DNA of 64,000 bases from an uncultured Holophagales bacterium (GCA_963842525.1 CAWJGT010000003.1:576001-640000), one strand, 5' to 3'. Shown: positions 1 to 50,315, counted from the stretch's first letter. Notes: generated by a model from the letters alone, not told the origin. Made by a program: numbers and translations.

Positions 1-1490
1 CGAGATCCCCATAGGTCAGGTGCTCCGGCCCGGCCACCACCGCCACCGCCTCCGGCGTCCGTGCCGCCTGGGCCTCGAACAGCTCGTGCAGGCAGATCTG
101 GTGCGGGAAGGCTGCCGCGGTGTCGTTCCACTCGACCAGGAGCTGGCTGCGCTCCGCCGCGGACAGCAGCTCCAGGGCGGCGACCCGCTGCTCCACGTTG
201 TCCACCCCGCTCCCGACCAAGCGCACGAATTGAAGCAGCAGCCGCTCGATGGTCGGGCCGTCGAACAGGTCGGTGCGGTACTCCGACGAAACCCTGACCT
301 CGCCGCCCCAGCCGTCGACGGCGAGCGACAGGTCGAACTTCGCCGTCGTTCCGGGCGCGCCGAACGGACGCAGGCGCAAGCCTGCGACATCCGTAACCGC
401 CTCCGCGGCGTTGTCCAGGGTGAACATCACCTGGAAGAGAGGGTCGTGGGCGAGGCTGCGTTCCGGATGCAGCTCCTCGACCAGCTTTTCGAACGGCACG
501 TCCTGCTGCGCGTACGCCGCCAGAGCCGCCTCGCGCACCCGCCCCACCAGCTCCCGGAACGTCGGCACACAGGACAGGTCGGCACGCAGCACCAGCGTGT
601 TGACGAAGAACCCGATCAGGCCCTCGGTCTCCAACTGGTTGCGGCCGGCGACGGGTGAGCCCACCGCGAAGTCCTGTTGGCCGCTGTGGCGGGACAGCAG
701 CGCCTGGAATCCGGCGAGGAGGACCATGAACGCCGTCGCCCCCGCGCGCCGGCCCAGGGCCTCGACCCGCTGCGGCAGCTCCTCCGGCACTCGCACCGCC
801 CGCACCGCGCCGCGGACGCTCTGCGCCGCCGGCCGCGGTCGATCGGTGGGCAGCTCCAGCACCGGCGGCAGTCCGGCGAGCCGACGCCGCCAGTCGCCGA
901 TCTCGCGCGCCAGCATCTCCCCCTGCAGCCAGCCGCGCTGCCAGACCGCGAAGTCCGTGTACTGTACCGGGAGCTCCGGCAGGAGCGACGGCTCGCCGAC
1001 GGCGAACGCCGCGTAGAGGGAGGTGATCTCGCGGACGAGGATACCGATCGACCAGGCGTCGCTGACGATGTGGTGCATGGTCAAGAAGAAGGCGTGATCC
1101 TCTTGTTCCTCCCCTGGGGTGGCCAACCGCAGCAGCACGCCGCGTAGGAGCGGACCGCGGGAGAGGTCGAACGGGCGGCCGGCCTCTTCGCCGGCCAGGC
1201 GGAGGGCCGCCGCCTCGCGGGCTCTTTCCGGCAAGCCCGACAGATCGACCAGGGGGAGCCCGAAAGGCGCCGCCGGCTGGATCACCTGCACCGGCAGGCC
1301 GTCGCGAACGGCGAAGACGGTACGCAGGGCCTCATGGCGGCGCACGATCTCGCCGAGAGAGAGGGCCAGGACCCGGCGGTCCAGAGGCCCTTCGATGCGC
1401 AAGGCCACCGGAATGTTGTAGAGCGGGCTGTCCGGTTCGAGCTGGTCCAGGAACCAGAGCCGCTCCTGCGCGAAGGACAGGAGGGTGGAA
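1..1490 (-). other. Module 15 LCL-type C and start of A (truncated by the window)
   Basis: [33 protein letters not shown]. Confidence 0.8.
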
Positions 1491-4400
1491 GCCTCCCGCG
1501 GCGACGCGACGAGAGGCGGCGCGAGCGACCCCGCGCGAGGCCCTTGCAGCCGCTCGACGGCGGCGGCGAGGCCGGCGATCGTGGGGCTCTCGAAGAAGTC
1601 GGGGAGAGGCAGGTCGATCTCGAAGCGGCGGCGCACCCGGGTGAGGACCTGGATGGCGGACAGGGAGTGACCCCCGAGAGCGAAGAAGTCGTGGCCGGTG
1701 CCGAGGCCGGACCGGCCCAGCACCTCTTCCCAGATCTCCACCAAAACCGCCTCGGTTGCTGTGGCCGGAACGACGGGGGCCGCGCCGGCGGCGAGGGCCA
1801 TCTCGGGCTCGGGCAGGGCCTTGCGGTCGATCTTGCCGTTGGCGGACAGCGGCAGGGCGGAGAGGAAGACGAAGGTGTCCGGGATCATGTAGCCGGGAAG
1901 CGAGCGGGCCAGGTGCTCCTGGAGCGCGGCAGTCGAGATGATGTCTCCGGCCTCCCCCGCGGCCACCACATAGGCGCACAGGGTCTTCTGCCCGGTCCGG
2001 TCGCCGCGGGCCAGCACCACTGCCTCCCGCACGCCGGGAGCCCGGGAGAGCTGGCTCTCGATCTCGCCGAGCTCGATGCGGAACCCGCGGACCTTGACCT
2101 GGTGGTCGCTGCGGCCGAGAAACTCGATTTCGCCCTGCGGCAGCATCCGCCCCAGGTCGCCGGTGCGGTAGAGGCGGCGGCCGGGCCCTGCGAAGGGATC
2201 GGGCAGATAGGAGGCCGCGGTCTTCTCGGGGTCTCCGGCATAGCCGCGGGCCACGCCTTCGCCGCCGATGTAGAGCTCGCCCACCACCCCGGGGGGAACC
2301 AGCTCCAGAGAGCGATCCAGGAGGTAGAAGGTGTTGTTGTCCAGCGGCCGGCCGTAGGGGATGCTGAGCCAGGCCTCGTCGATCCAGTCGACGGGATGGA
2401 AGATGGACCAGACCGTGGCCTCGGTGGCGCCGCCCAGGCTGATCACGCGCAGGTTGGGGAAGAACCGCCGGGCGCGTTCGGGGAGCGTGAGCGGGATCCA
2501 GTCTCCGCTCAGGAAGGCGAGGCGGAGGTCCTCGCCGCGGAAGCCCGGATCGGTCTCCTCCAGGTACTGGACGAGCAGGCCGAGGGTCGAGGGAACCGAA
2601 TTCCAGAAGGTGATCCCATGCGCGCTGACCAGCCGCAGCAGGGCGGCCGGATCCTGTACCTCCTCCTGCCGCGCAAGCACCACCTCGCCGTCAGCCGCGA
2701 GGGTGCCGAAGAGATCGAAGACCGAGAGGTCGAAGCAGACGGAGGAGACCATCAGCACGCGGTCGCCGGGGCCGACGGCCATCTCGCGGTTGACCCACGC
2801 GATCAGGTTGGCGGCGCTGTGGTGCGCGATCATCACCCCCTTGGGGGTGCCGGTCGAGCCGGAGGTGTAGATGGTGTAGGCGAGGTCCTCGGGCCGGGGG
2901 CGTAGCGGCACGGGCGCGTCCTGGTAGGCGGTCAGATCCTCCGGCAGGTCCTCCAGTAGAAACGAGATTGCAGACTGCCGGGCGATGAAGCTCTTGCGGG
3001 CCGGCGGGTAGGAGGGCTCCAACGGGACGTAGGCGGCGCCCGCCTTGAGCACGCCGAAGAGCGCCGCGATCAGCTCGGGGGAGCGCTCCAGGCAGACTCC
3101 GACGTTGTCGCCGGGCTGCACGCCGCGCGCAAGGAGGAGCCGCGCCACCCGGTTGGCCAGGCGCTCGAGCTCGCCGTAGGAGAGCGAGCGGTCGCCGCAG
3201 CGGACGGCGGGGAGATCCGGATGGCGGGCGGCCTGCTCCTCGAAGAAGCTGTGGAGGGGCCTCTCGCGGGGGTAGGCGCGGGCCGTGTCGTTGTAGACCG
3301 CGACGAGCTGGCCGCGTTCCTCCGCGCTCAGCAGGGCTTCCGCGGCGAGCGGTGTATCGATCCCGCGGATCAGCGCCTCGAGGATCTGCCGGTAGAGGGC
3401 CAGCGCCAGCTCGATGTCCGCCTCCTCGAAGAAACGCGGGAGGTACTTGAGCTGCAGGAAGGGGCGGCTCTGCGTGGCCATGACCTCCAGGTCGAACAGG
3501 GTATTCGTCATCTCGTCGAGGCGCAGTTCGGGAAACACGCGCGCAACCTCCCCGGCCGACGCCTGGAAGAGGGCGTTGTCGCGGACTTCCTCGATGAGAT
3601 GGAAGTCCATGAAGTTGAGGAGCGTGTCGAAAATCGGATTCTGCGCCGACTCGCGGAGGCCGACGAGGCCGGCGATGTCCACCAGCGGGATCTCGTGCTC
3701 CTTCTCCTCGGCGAGGAAGCGCGCCACCCGCCGAGCCAGGGAGGCGCCGGTCTCCCCCGGCTCCAGACGGAGGCGGAGCGGAAAGGTATTGAGAAAGCAC
3801 CCGACGATCTTGTCGCCGTCGGGGATTCCCGGCCGGTCGTGGGAGACCACGCCGGTGATCACGTCCTCCTCGCCAGAGGTGACCCGCAGCAGGTGGAGGT
3901 GGGCCGCCAGGAAGAGCGCCTGGAGCGGCACGTGCAGCTCCGCGGCCCGCTCGCGCAGGCCGAGCAGCGTCTCGGGGGGCAGCGGCCGCTGGAGGGATCG
4001 CATGCCGAAGGCCGTGCGCTCCCGGGTCACCGCCCGTTGGAAGGGGAGCTTGTTGCGGCCGGCGCCGGCCAGGGTGGCGCGCCAGAAGGCCTCGGTCGCG
4101 GGCGAGCGGCTGCGGCCCAGCGTGATGGCCAGGTAGTCCTTGTAGCTGCTGGCCAGGGGCGGCAGGGCCTCGATCCGGTCGAGGTCCTCGCAGGCGAGGT
4201 CCTCGCGAGCGAGGAGCGCATTGAGATCGAGCCAGAAGGTCAGGTTGCTCCAGCCGTCGAGGATGGCGTGATGCCAGGTCCAGATCGTGGCGAAGGTGTC
4301 TCCCGCCAGCCGGAAGAGCTTGAGGCGCCAGAGGATCTCGCCCCGGAAGGCGAACCGGCGGCGCATGTCCTCGGCACGGTACCGCTCGATGCGCGCGCGC

Positions 4401-7400
4401 TGCTCCTCGGCCGGCAGGCCGGAGAGGTCCTCGGCGTCGCGGACCACCGGCACGCTCCGGAGCACCACCTTCATGGGCTCCTCGAGCTCGTCGAGGTAGA
4501 AGGCACTGCGCAGGATCGGATGGCGGCCCATCACCAGCGCGAGGGCGCGCTCGAAGCGGTCGAGGTCGGGGATGGACAGGACGTAGACGTGCTGGTCGTG
4601 GTAGACCGGCTGCACGGGCAGCAGGAGGGTGTAGTACACCATCCCCTTCTCGATTCCGCTCAGCGGGAAGAAGTCCTCATACCCCTCGGGCAGCCTGGCG
4701 CGCTGGCGCTCGTCGGCGAGGACGGCGCGCTGCAGGCGTTCGATCTCCTTCCGGCCGGCCGCGAGATCGTCGGCCTGGGAGCGGTCCGACCGGGTCGCGA
4801 TGCGCTGCGCCAGCAGTCCCACGGTCTGGTGCTTGAAGACATCCTGGACGCGCAGGTCGGCGCCGAGGCGCTCGTTGACCCGGCTGACCAGCCGGACGGC
4901 CTTGATCGAGTCGCCGCCCAGGTCGAAGAAGTTGTCTGCCATGCCGACGCGCTCCACCTTGAGCAGCTCCGCCCAGATCCCGGCGACCACCTGCTCGAGG
5001 GGGGATCGGGGGGCGACGTGCACGCGCGCCGCGGCGGCCTCGGGAGCCGGGAGGGCCTTGCGGTCCACCTTCCCGCTGGGGGTCAAGGGGAGCTCGTCGA
5101 GCACCGTCCAGTCGGGCGGCACCATGTGCTCCGGCACCCGGGCCGCCAGGAAGGAGCGCAGCTCAGAGATGTCGATTGCAGCCTCGGCGCGGGGCACGAG
5201 GTAGGTCGCGAGGCGGCGGTCTCCCGCGCTCTCTCCGCGCGCCATGACCACGGCGTCCCGCACCGCGGGATGGGAGGCGAGCACCGTCTCGATCTCCCCC
5301 AGCTCGATGCGGAAGCCGCGGATCTTGACCTGGAAGTCGAGGCGGCCGAGATACTCGAGAGCACCGTCCGGCAGGTAACGCGCCAGGTCGCCGGTGCGGT
5401 AGAGGCGGTCTCCGGCAATGCTGGGATCGAGGACGCCGGGATTGGGGATGAAGCGCTCGGCCGTCAGGTCGGGACGATGGAGGTAGCCCCGCGCTAGCTG
5501 CACGCCGCCGATGCACAGCTCGCCGGGGATGCCGAGGGGCACGGGCCGCAGGGAGCGGTCGAGCAGGTGGATGCGGGTGTTGGCGACCGGCCTCCCGATG
5601 GGGACGATGCCGCCCCGGGCCTCCACGGCGCAGCTCCACGAGGTGACGTCGACCGAGGCCTCGGTGGGGCCGTAGAGGTTCTCCAGCCGGGCGGAGAGCC
5701 GTTCGCCGAAGCGCCGGCGCAGCTCGGGCATGAGGGCCTCGCCGCTGGCCACCACCAGGCGCAGGCTGGCGCAGTCGGAAAGGTCCGACTCCTCCAGGAA
5801 GGCCTGGAGCATCGACGGCACGAAGTGCGCCACCGTGACGTACTCGCGCCCGATGAGCTCGGCGAGATAGGCGCCGTCCCGGTGTCCTCCGGGGCGGGCC
5901 ACGACGAGATGGGCGCCGGTGATCAGAGGCCAGAAGAATTCCCAGACGGAAACGTCGAAGCTGTAGGGGGTCTTCTGGAGGACCCGGTCCCCGGCGGTCA
6001 GCCCATAGGCCTCCTGCATCCAGAGCAGGCGGTTGACGATGCCCTGGTGGGGGATCATCACCCCCTTGGGCTTACCCGTCGAGCCGGAGGTGTAGAGGAT
6101 GTAGGCGAGGCCCTGGTCGGACAGGCCGGTTGGACTCCCGGGCTCGCCGTCCCCTTCCCAGCCCGCTTCGAGGCAGAGGACCCGGGCCGCGATCTGCGGG
6201 AGGGCCGGCAGGAGGCGTTCCTGGGCGAGCAGGACCGGCACGCGGGCATCGGCCAGGAGCCAGCCGAGACGCTCGGCCGGGGACTCGGGATCGAGGGGCA
6301 GGTAGGCGGCTCCGGCCTTGAGCACGCCGAGAAGCGCCACGACCATCTCGACCGAGCGCTCCATCAGCACGCCGACCGCCGTGTCGGGCCGTACGCCGAG
6401 AGCGAGCAGCCGGGCTGCCAGGCGGCCGGAGATCCCGTCCAGCTCGCGGTAGGAGAGCGTCCTGTGCTCGAAGGTGACGGCCGGGGCCTCGGGCGACCGG
6501 GCCACCTGCCCGGCGAAGAGCTCCGGCAGGGTCAGCCCGGTCCGGCGCTGCAGCTCCGTGTCGTTCCAGCCGAGCCGGACCTGATGGCTCTCGCCGTCGG
6601 AGAGCAGCGGCAGCTCCGAGAGCCGGGCCTCTGGGTTGCGCACGGCGCCCTCGGCGAGGAGCCGGAGGTGGCCGAGGAGGCGTGCCATGGTCGCCGGGTC
6701 GAAGAGGTCCCGGTTGTGCTCCATGTCGGCCACCAGGCCCGAGGGGGTCTCCGTCAGGGCCAGGTGGAGGTCGAAGCGGGCGGCACCGCTCTCGGCGGGC
6801 AACGGCAGGAAGTCGAGCCCGGGGATCTCGACCGCGCCCGGCGCGATGTCCTGCTGCACCAGCATCACTTGGAACAGAGGCGTATGGGCGAGGCTCCTTT
6901 CGGGATGCAGCTCTTCGACGAGCTTCTCGAACGGCAGGTCCTGATGGGCATAGGCGCCCAGGGTCCTGTCCCGCACGCGCCCGAGCACCTCGACCAGGGC
7001 CGGGTTGCCCTCCATCTCGACCCGCAGGACGAGGGTGTTGACGAAGAGCCCGATGAGAGGCTCGACCTCGGCGTGGTTGCGGCCGGCGATCGGCGAGCCG
7101 ATGAGCAGATCCTCGACGCCCGTGTAGCGGTGCAGGAGCGCGCCGAAGAGCGCGAGCTGCGTCATGAAGGGGGTGACGTTCTGCCGCAGGGAGAAGCTCG
7201 CGAAGGCCGTGGGCGAGGCCGGCGGGCAGGAGCGCGAAGGCGTGGGCGCCGCGCAGGCTCTGCACGGCCGGACGGGGCCGGTCGGTGGGCAGGTCGAGCA
7301 CCTGGGGCGCTCCGGCCAGGGCGCGGCGCCACCAGCCGGTCTGCTCGTCCAGGATCGCCCCAGAGAGCCACGCGCGCTGCCAGACGGCGAAATCGGCATA

Positions 7401-10400
7401 CTGGAAGGGCAGATCGGGCAGGGGCGAGGGCCTTTGGAAGGCCGCGGCCCGGTACAGCTCGGCGACCTCCTGCATCAGCAGGGCCATGGACCAGCCGTCG
7501 GTGATGATGTGGTGCATGCTGAGCACCACCACGTGGCGCTCGGAGGTCAGGCACAGCAGCGCGCTTCGCAGCAGGGGACCGGCGGCGAGATCGAAGGGCC
7601 GGGCGGCCAGGGTGCGAGTCAGCCGGGCGACCTCGGAATCGAGGACGGGGCCGGGCAGGCCGCCCAGGTCGACCACCGGGGGGGCCGCGTCGAGGACGGG
7701 CGCTACGGCCTGGACCGGGAGGCCGGCCACGACAGGGAAGGTTGTGCGCAGCACCTCGTGACGGCGGACGACCTCGTTGAGGCTGGCGGCCAGGGCAGGC
7801 ACGGAGAGAGCGCCGCGCATCGCGATGGCCATCGGCAGGTTGTAGAACGGGCTGTCCGGCTGGAGGCGGTCGAGAAACCAGAGCCGCTCCTGGGCGAAGG
7901 AGAGGGGGAGCGAGCCCCCCCGTGGCACCGGGCCGAGAGGTGGCGCCAGCGCGCCCGCGCCGGCCTGCCGGGTTGCCTCGATCCGCGCCGCGAGGCTCGC
8001 CAATGTAGGAGCCTCGAAGAGATCGCGCAGCGGGACCTCGACGCCGAAGACGCTGCGAACGCGCGCGATCACCCGGGTCGCCAACAAGGAGTGGCCGCCG
8101 AGGTCGAAGAAATGATCCGCCGCCCCGACTCGTTCGAGGCCGAGCACCTTGGCCCAGATCCCCGCCAGGACGTCCTCGACCGGGGTGCGTGGCGGCAGGT
8201 AGGCTGCCTCGGCGGGCTGCCATTCCGGAGCCGGTAGGGCCTTGCGGTCCACCTTGCCGTTTGGGGTGATGGGGAGCGCCGCGAGCGTCACGAACGCGGC
8301 CGGCACCATGTAGTCCGGCAGCCGCTCGCGCACTGCCCCGCGCAGCTCTTCGGCCGTGGCGTCACCGGCCACATAGGCGACCAGCCGCCGGTCGCCGGGG
8401 GTATCCTGCCGTACGGCTACGACCGCCTCGCGGACTCCAGGCAAGGTCGAGAGCGCCGCCTCGATCTCGCCCAGCTCGATGCGGAAGCCGCGGATCTTGA
8501 CCTGGTGGTCGCGCCGCCCCAGGAACTCCAGGTTGCCGTCCGGCCGGTAGCGCGCCCGGTCGCCGGTGCGATAGAGGCGGGCGCCGGTTGCCCCCCAGGG
8601 GTCGGGGATGAATTTGTGCGCCGTGAGCTCCGGCTCGCGCGCGTAGCCGTCGGCCAGGCAGTCTCCCCCGATGTAGAGATCGCCCGGAATGCCCACCGGG
8701 CAAGGGGCGAGCCGCGTATCGAGCACGTGGTAGCGCGCGTTCTCGATCGGCCGGCCGTACGGGATGCTGGCCCAGGCCGGGTCGACCGTGCCGACGGGGA
8801 AGACGTTGGACCACACCGTGGCCTCGGTGGCGCCGCCCAGCGAGATGACCCGGGCGCCGGGGAAGCTGCCGCGGACGCGGTCCGGAAGAGTGACCGGAAT
8901 CCAGTCGCCGCTCAGGAAGACGAGGCGCAGGGCCGGCCGGGCGTTCGGGTCCATCCCGGGGAGGAACGGCACCGTCTGCTCCAGGGCCGCCGGGGCCGAG
9001 TCCCAGAAGGTGATGGGCTCTTCAGCCAGTGCCCGCAGCAGGCTTTGCGGGTCGCGGATCTCGTCCTCGGCCGCGATGCGGATGGAGCCGCCGGCTCCGA
9101 GCAGGCCGAAGACGTCGAAGACCGAGAGGTCGAAGGAGAGAGAGGTGACGAAGAGCACCCGATCGGCCGGGGAGAAGGCAAAAGCCCGGTGCGCCCAGCG
9201 GATCAGATTGATCACCGGGCGGTGGCGGACCATCACGCCCTTGGGTGTGCCCGTGGAGCCCGAGGTGAAGATGATGTAGGCGAGATGATCGGGGGAGGAG
9301 CGACGGGGGAGGATCGGCCCGATCGGTCCGATGAAATCACGATCGACGCAGATCACGTGAGGCAGCGCAGGCAGGCTGTCCTGCTGCGCCGTCTCGGTGA
9401 TCAGGCAGGAAATCTCCAGCGCTCCGAGGATCCATTGCAGGCGAGCCGGCGGATGGCCGATCTCCAGCGGCACGTAGGCGGCGCCGGCCTTGAGCACGGC
9501 CAACAGGGCCGGGATCATGTGGAGCGAGCGGCGCAGGTGGAGGCCCACCAGCGAGCCCGGACCGACGCCGAGGCTCATCAGGTTATGGGCCAGGCGGTTG
9601 GCCCGCTCTTCCAATGCGCCGTATGTCAACGACTCCCTGCCGCAGACGGCAGCGACGGCTTCAGGCGTGCGTGCGGCCCAGGCCTCGAACAGCTCGTGGA
9701 TCAGGGTGGCTTCGTCGCAAGCTGCCAGGGTGTCGTTCCACTCCACCAGAACCTGGTGACGCTCGGAGTCCGGCAGCAGCGGCAGGTCCGCGACCCCGAG
9801 GTCCGGCGCGGCCAGGGCCGCGGTGAGAAGCCGCTCGTACTGGAGGATCAGGCGGTCGATGGTCGCGGCATCGAACAGGTCGGTGGCGTGCTCGACCGTG
9901 CCAAGGAGGCCGCCGCTCCATTCCTCCAGGCTGAGCAGGAGGTCAAACTTCGCCGTGGTCCCGGCCCCGCTCACCGGCCGCAGGCGCAGGTTCTGGATCT
10001 CCAGGCTCTCGAAGGGAGCGTTCTGCAGAGCAAGCACCACCTGGAACAAGGGTGTGTGGGCGAGGCTCCTCTCCGGCGTGAGCTCCTGGACCAGTTTTTC
10101 GAACGGCACGTCCTGGTGCGCATGGGCGGCCAGCGCGGTCTCGCGGACTCGGCCGAGCAGCTCCCGGAACGTGGGCTCGCCGGCCCTGCCGCCGGGCAGG
10201 TTTCCAGTTAAATCGCCACGCAGCACCAGCGTATTGACGAAGAACCCGATCAGCCCCTCGGTCTCTATCCGGTTGCGGCCGGCGACCGGCGTGCCTACCG
10301 CGAGGTCCTGCTGCCCGCTGCACCGCGCCAGAAGGGCCTGGAATCCAGCCAGCAGCACCATGAAGAGCGTCGCTCCCTCGCGCCGGCTCAGGGTCTGGGC

Positions 10401-13400
10401 CTGCCGGGTGAGCTCGGCCGGCAACCGCACGGGCCGCAAGGCGCCGCGGAAGCTCAGCACCGCGGGCCGCGGCCGGTCGGTGGGGAGCTCCAGCAGAGGC
10501 GGCAGGCCGGCGAGCTGCCGGCGCCAGAAGGAGATTTCGTTCTCCAGGGCTTCGCCGTGCAGCCAGGAGTGCTGCCAGACTGCGAAATCCGCGTACTGCA
10601 CCGTCGGCTCGGGCAGGGGGGACGGCCTGCCTTCGGCAAACGCCGCGTAGAGGGCCGTGACCTCGCGGATCAGGATGCCCATCGACCAGCCGTCACTGAC
10701 GATGTGGTGCATGGTCAGCGCGGCGACATGATCCATCTGTCCCCCTGGGGCGGCCAAGCGCAGCAGCACGCCGCGCAGGAGCGGGCCGCGCGCGAGATCG
10801 AACGGGCGGGTGGCCTCTTCGCCGGCCAGGGTGAGGGCGAGCGCCTCACGCCGGCTCTCCGGCAGGTCCGACAGGTCGATCATGGGGAGCCCGAAGGGCG
10901 CCGCTGGCAGGATCACCTGCACCGGCGCGCCGTCCCGCTCGGCGAAGACCGTGCGCAAGGCTTCATGGCGCCGGACGATCTCCCCGAGGCTCGCCGCCAG
11001 CACCGCCGAGGCCAGCGGTCCTTCGACGCGCAGCGCCACCGGAATGTTGTAGAGCGGGCTTCCCGGTTCGAGCTGATCGATGAACCACAGGCGCTGCTGG
11101 CCGAACGACAGGGGCAGGTGCCCCTCGCGCGGCGCCTGCACGATGGGGGGGGCTCCTGCCGCCTCACCCCGAGAGCGCAGGGTTTCCACTTTGCCGGCCA
11201 GCGCCGCCACGGTCGGCGCCTCGAAGAGCGTGCGCAGAGGCATCTCCACGCCGAACGCCTCCCGGACCCGCGAGACAGCCTGCGTCGCGTGCAGAGAGTG
11301 GCCGCCCAGGGCAAAGAAGCTCTCGGTGCGGCCTACGCGCGGCACGCCCAGCAGCTCGGCGAACATCCCCGCCAGCAGCTCCTCGGTCCAGGTCCGGGGC
11401 GCCTCCCCGCCAGCCGGTTCCGCTTGAGCATCGGCCCTCTCCCGCCAGGTCCGCGCCAGCTCCTTGCGGTCCACCTTGCCATTGGGTGTCAGCGGCAGGG
11501 CCGTGAAGAACACGAACCGGGAGGGCACCATGTGCTCCGGCAGGAGGCCCAGCAGGTGGCGGCGCAACTCGCCGGCCTCGACCTCTCCGGCCACACAGGC
11601 CACCAGACTCGTGCCCCCGGCCGGATCTTCGACCGCCAGCACCGCCGCCTCCCGCACTGCGCCGTGCCCGGCGAGCGCCGCCTCGATCTCGCCCGGCTCG
11701 ATCCGGAAGCCGCGGATCTTGACCTGGTCATCGATGCGGCCGAGGAACTCGAGGTTGCCGTCCGGCCGCAGCCGGACCAGGTCGCCCGTCCGGTAGAGGC
11801 GCTCTCCCTCTCTTCCCATCTCGTGGGCGAACGGATCGGGGACGAAGCGCTCGGCGGTCAGCTCGGGACGCCCCAGGTAGCCCCGCGCGAGGCCGTCGCC
11901 GCCAATGCACAGCTCGCCCGGCGCCCCGAATGGCACTGGCCGCAGGCGCCGGCCGACCACGTAGAGGCGCGTGTTGGCGATCGGGCGTCCAATCGCCACG
12001 GGGCCTGCCGCGGCATCGCCCGGCGCAATCTCGTGGACGCAACAGCCGACGGTGGCCTCGGTCGGGCCGTACTCGTTGATCAGCCGTGTCTGCGGAGCGT
12101 GCTCGCGCCAGGGCGCGACGCTCTCGCCTCGCAGCGCTTCGCCGCCGATCACCAGGGCCTTTGTGCCACCCGCGTACTCTCCGGGACGCAGCTCGCGGCG
12201 CAAGACGTCGAGGTGCGCCGGGGTGAGCTTGACCAGGCTGAAATCCGGGGCGTTGCGCAGAGCGGCGGCCAACGCTTCGAGCCCCTCATCGAGAAGACGG
12301 ACCGCGGTGCCCGCGGCCAGCGGCACGAGGAGACTGGTGACGGTGAGGTCGAACCCGATGGCCGAGTGGACAGGGGCGCCTGTCCCCTCACTGGCCGCGT
12401 AGGCTTGCCGCGCCCAGAGCAGGTAGTTGACCAGGCCGCGGTGCGGGATCATCACCCCCTTCGGCCGGCCCGTCGAGCCGGAAGTGTAGATGACGTACGC
12501 CAGGTCGGCCGGACCCGCGGAGCGTGGCAGGTCTGCTTCGACTTGCCGGGAGATCTCGTCACGGTTGTCCGCGAGCCAGTCGTCCGTGAGCAGGAGGGAG
12601 AGCCCCGCATCCTGCACCATCCAGGACAGGCGCTCGGCCGGAGACCCCGGGTCGAGCGGCACATAGGTGCCGCCCGCCTTGAGGATGCCGAGCACGGCCG
12701 CCACCAGGTCGGGAGAGCGTTCCAGCAGAATGCCGGCGAGGGAGCCTGGCCCCAGGCCCAACGCGCGCAGGTGATGGGCGAGCTGGTTGGACCGGGCATT
12801 CAGCTCGGCGTAGGTCCAGGTGGCTCCTTCTCGGACTACGGCCGGGGCGTGCGGTGCGCGGCGCACCCTCTCCTCGAAGAGCTCATGGGTGCAGAGATCC
12901 ACAGGGACCGCGCTCTCCGTTCGGTTGAAGGCGAGCACCTGCCGCCGCTCGTCTGCGGTGAGGACCTCGATCTCGCCGAGCGGAGCGCCGCCGAGCAGCC
13001 CGTCCAGCACGCGGGAGAACCGCTCCAGGAGACGCTCCGCCTCGTCGCGTCCGAGCAGCGCCGGATCGTGGATGAGATCGGTGCGCAGGATCCGGCCGTC
13101 GTCGAGGATCGAAAGCCGCAGGCCGAACCGGTCGAGGCCCAGGTATTCGTCGCCGATGGCGAATCTGGGGCTGCCGGGGTCCGCCGGCAGCTCTCGGGGC
13201 CGCCGATAATCGAAGCCGAACGGCCAGCCCGAAGCGCCGTGCTCCGTGAGCAGCCTCTCGACGCACTCGGCAGAGAAGAAGTCCTGGCGCCGCGCGACCT
13301 CGGCCACGGTGGCGGAGAGGGTCCGGCCCAGCTCTTCGAGGGTCGAATCCCCTGTCGCGCGGGCGCGGACCGGGAGGTAGCGGTCGAACGGACCCAGTGC

Positions 13401-14225
13401 GCTCTCGAGCTCCTCGCAGGTCCTGCCGTCGAACAGGGTGCCGGCGACGATCTCCTCCTCTCCCGTCGAGAGATGGAGCGTCGCCTGCCAGGCCGCGAGG
13501 AGGATCACGGAGACCGTGGTCCCGTGGCGCGCGGCGGCCTCCTCGACCGGAGCCCGCCCGATCCTCCGGCTCTCCTGCTCCGGGCGAAAGGGTGAGAAGC
13601 CGTCCCGGTCCAGCCGCACGCGCACCAGGGCTGAGAGATCCTGCTGGCGCCAGAACGCGGGCCCGGGATTTTCGGCCGGAGATCCTTCCCAGTCATGGAG
13701 GACCTCGGCCAAATCGGCATACTGAAAGGCCTCGCTCCCAGGGAGACGGTCCTGGTACATCGCAACGATCTCGGTGGCCAGGAGCTCCAGGGAGACGCCG
13801 TCGGCGGCGAGCGAGGGCTGGGTCAGGAGCAGAGTGCTCCGCTCGCCGTCGAGTGCGATCAATGTGGCGCGCAGCAGGGGGCCGTTCGCGAGGTCGAAGG
13901 GGAGCTCCCGGACCTCCTCACAGAGCTGTCCGAGAGACGCCTCCCGGCCGGCCAGATTGCGCTCGCTCCATTCGATGCCGGCGGCGTCCTCCACGGACTG
14001 AACCGGTACGCTCAGAGAGGGGAGAAGGGGGAACGTGGTGCGCAGGATCTCATGGCGGTCCACAACCTGCTCCACGGCCCTCGCCAGACGCCGCCGGTCG
14101 AGCCTCCCCGCGATGTCGATCCGGGCCTGGACGACGAAGGCGGAGGAGGGCTTCCCGCGTTGCGCCCACCAGACGTGCTGCTGGCGGGGTGAAAGGCGGA
14201 AACCCTGGCTGACGGTCTTCGGCAT
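1..14225 (-). CDS. NRPS gene B (5' part): I-A(Asn)-T, C-A-T, C-A(Ser)-T, C(modAA)-A-T, C-A...; runs off the left edge
   Basis: ATG at 14225 preceded by GGAG. ORF 6072-14249 shifts frame near 7190. I translated the continuing frame manually at the key motifs; NRPS motifs continue to the window edge. Confidence 0.9.
1550..4700 (-). other. Module 14 modAA (dehydrating)-type C + Cys-clade A (DLFNFSLVWK) + T
   Basis: C: EDFFPLSGIEKGM, VYHDQ, RHPILRSAFYL..EEPMKVV, WHHAILDGWS, DVITGVVSHDRP..DGDKIVGCFLNT, NFMDFHL. A: [24 protein letters not shown]. Confidence 0.75.
4790..7910 (-). other. Module 13 C-A-T; A code DVWHVSLVDK (Ser); T has GGDSI
   Basis: Manual translation: LQKTPYSFDVSVWEFFWPL, VAHFVPSM, VVASGE, NLYGPTEASVDV; FFDLGGDSIK. 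Confidence 0.8.
7970..11120 (-). other. Module 12 C-A-T; Cys-clade A (DLFDFSLVWK)
   Basis: Same motifs as M4, in ORF 6072-14249. Confidence 0.7.
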
Positions 14226-14245
14226 CGCTGCTCTCCGTTCGCGGG

Positions 14246-50315
<36,070 letters not shown>

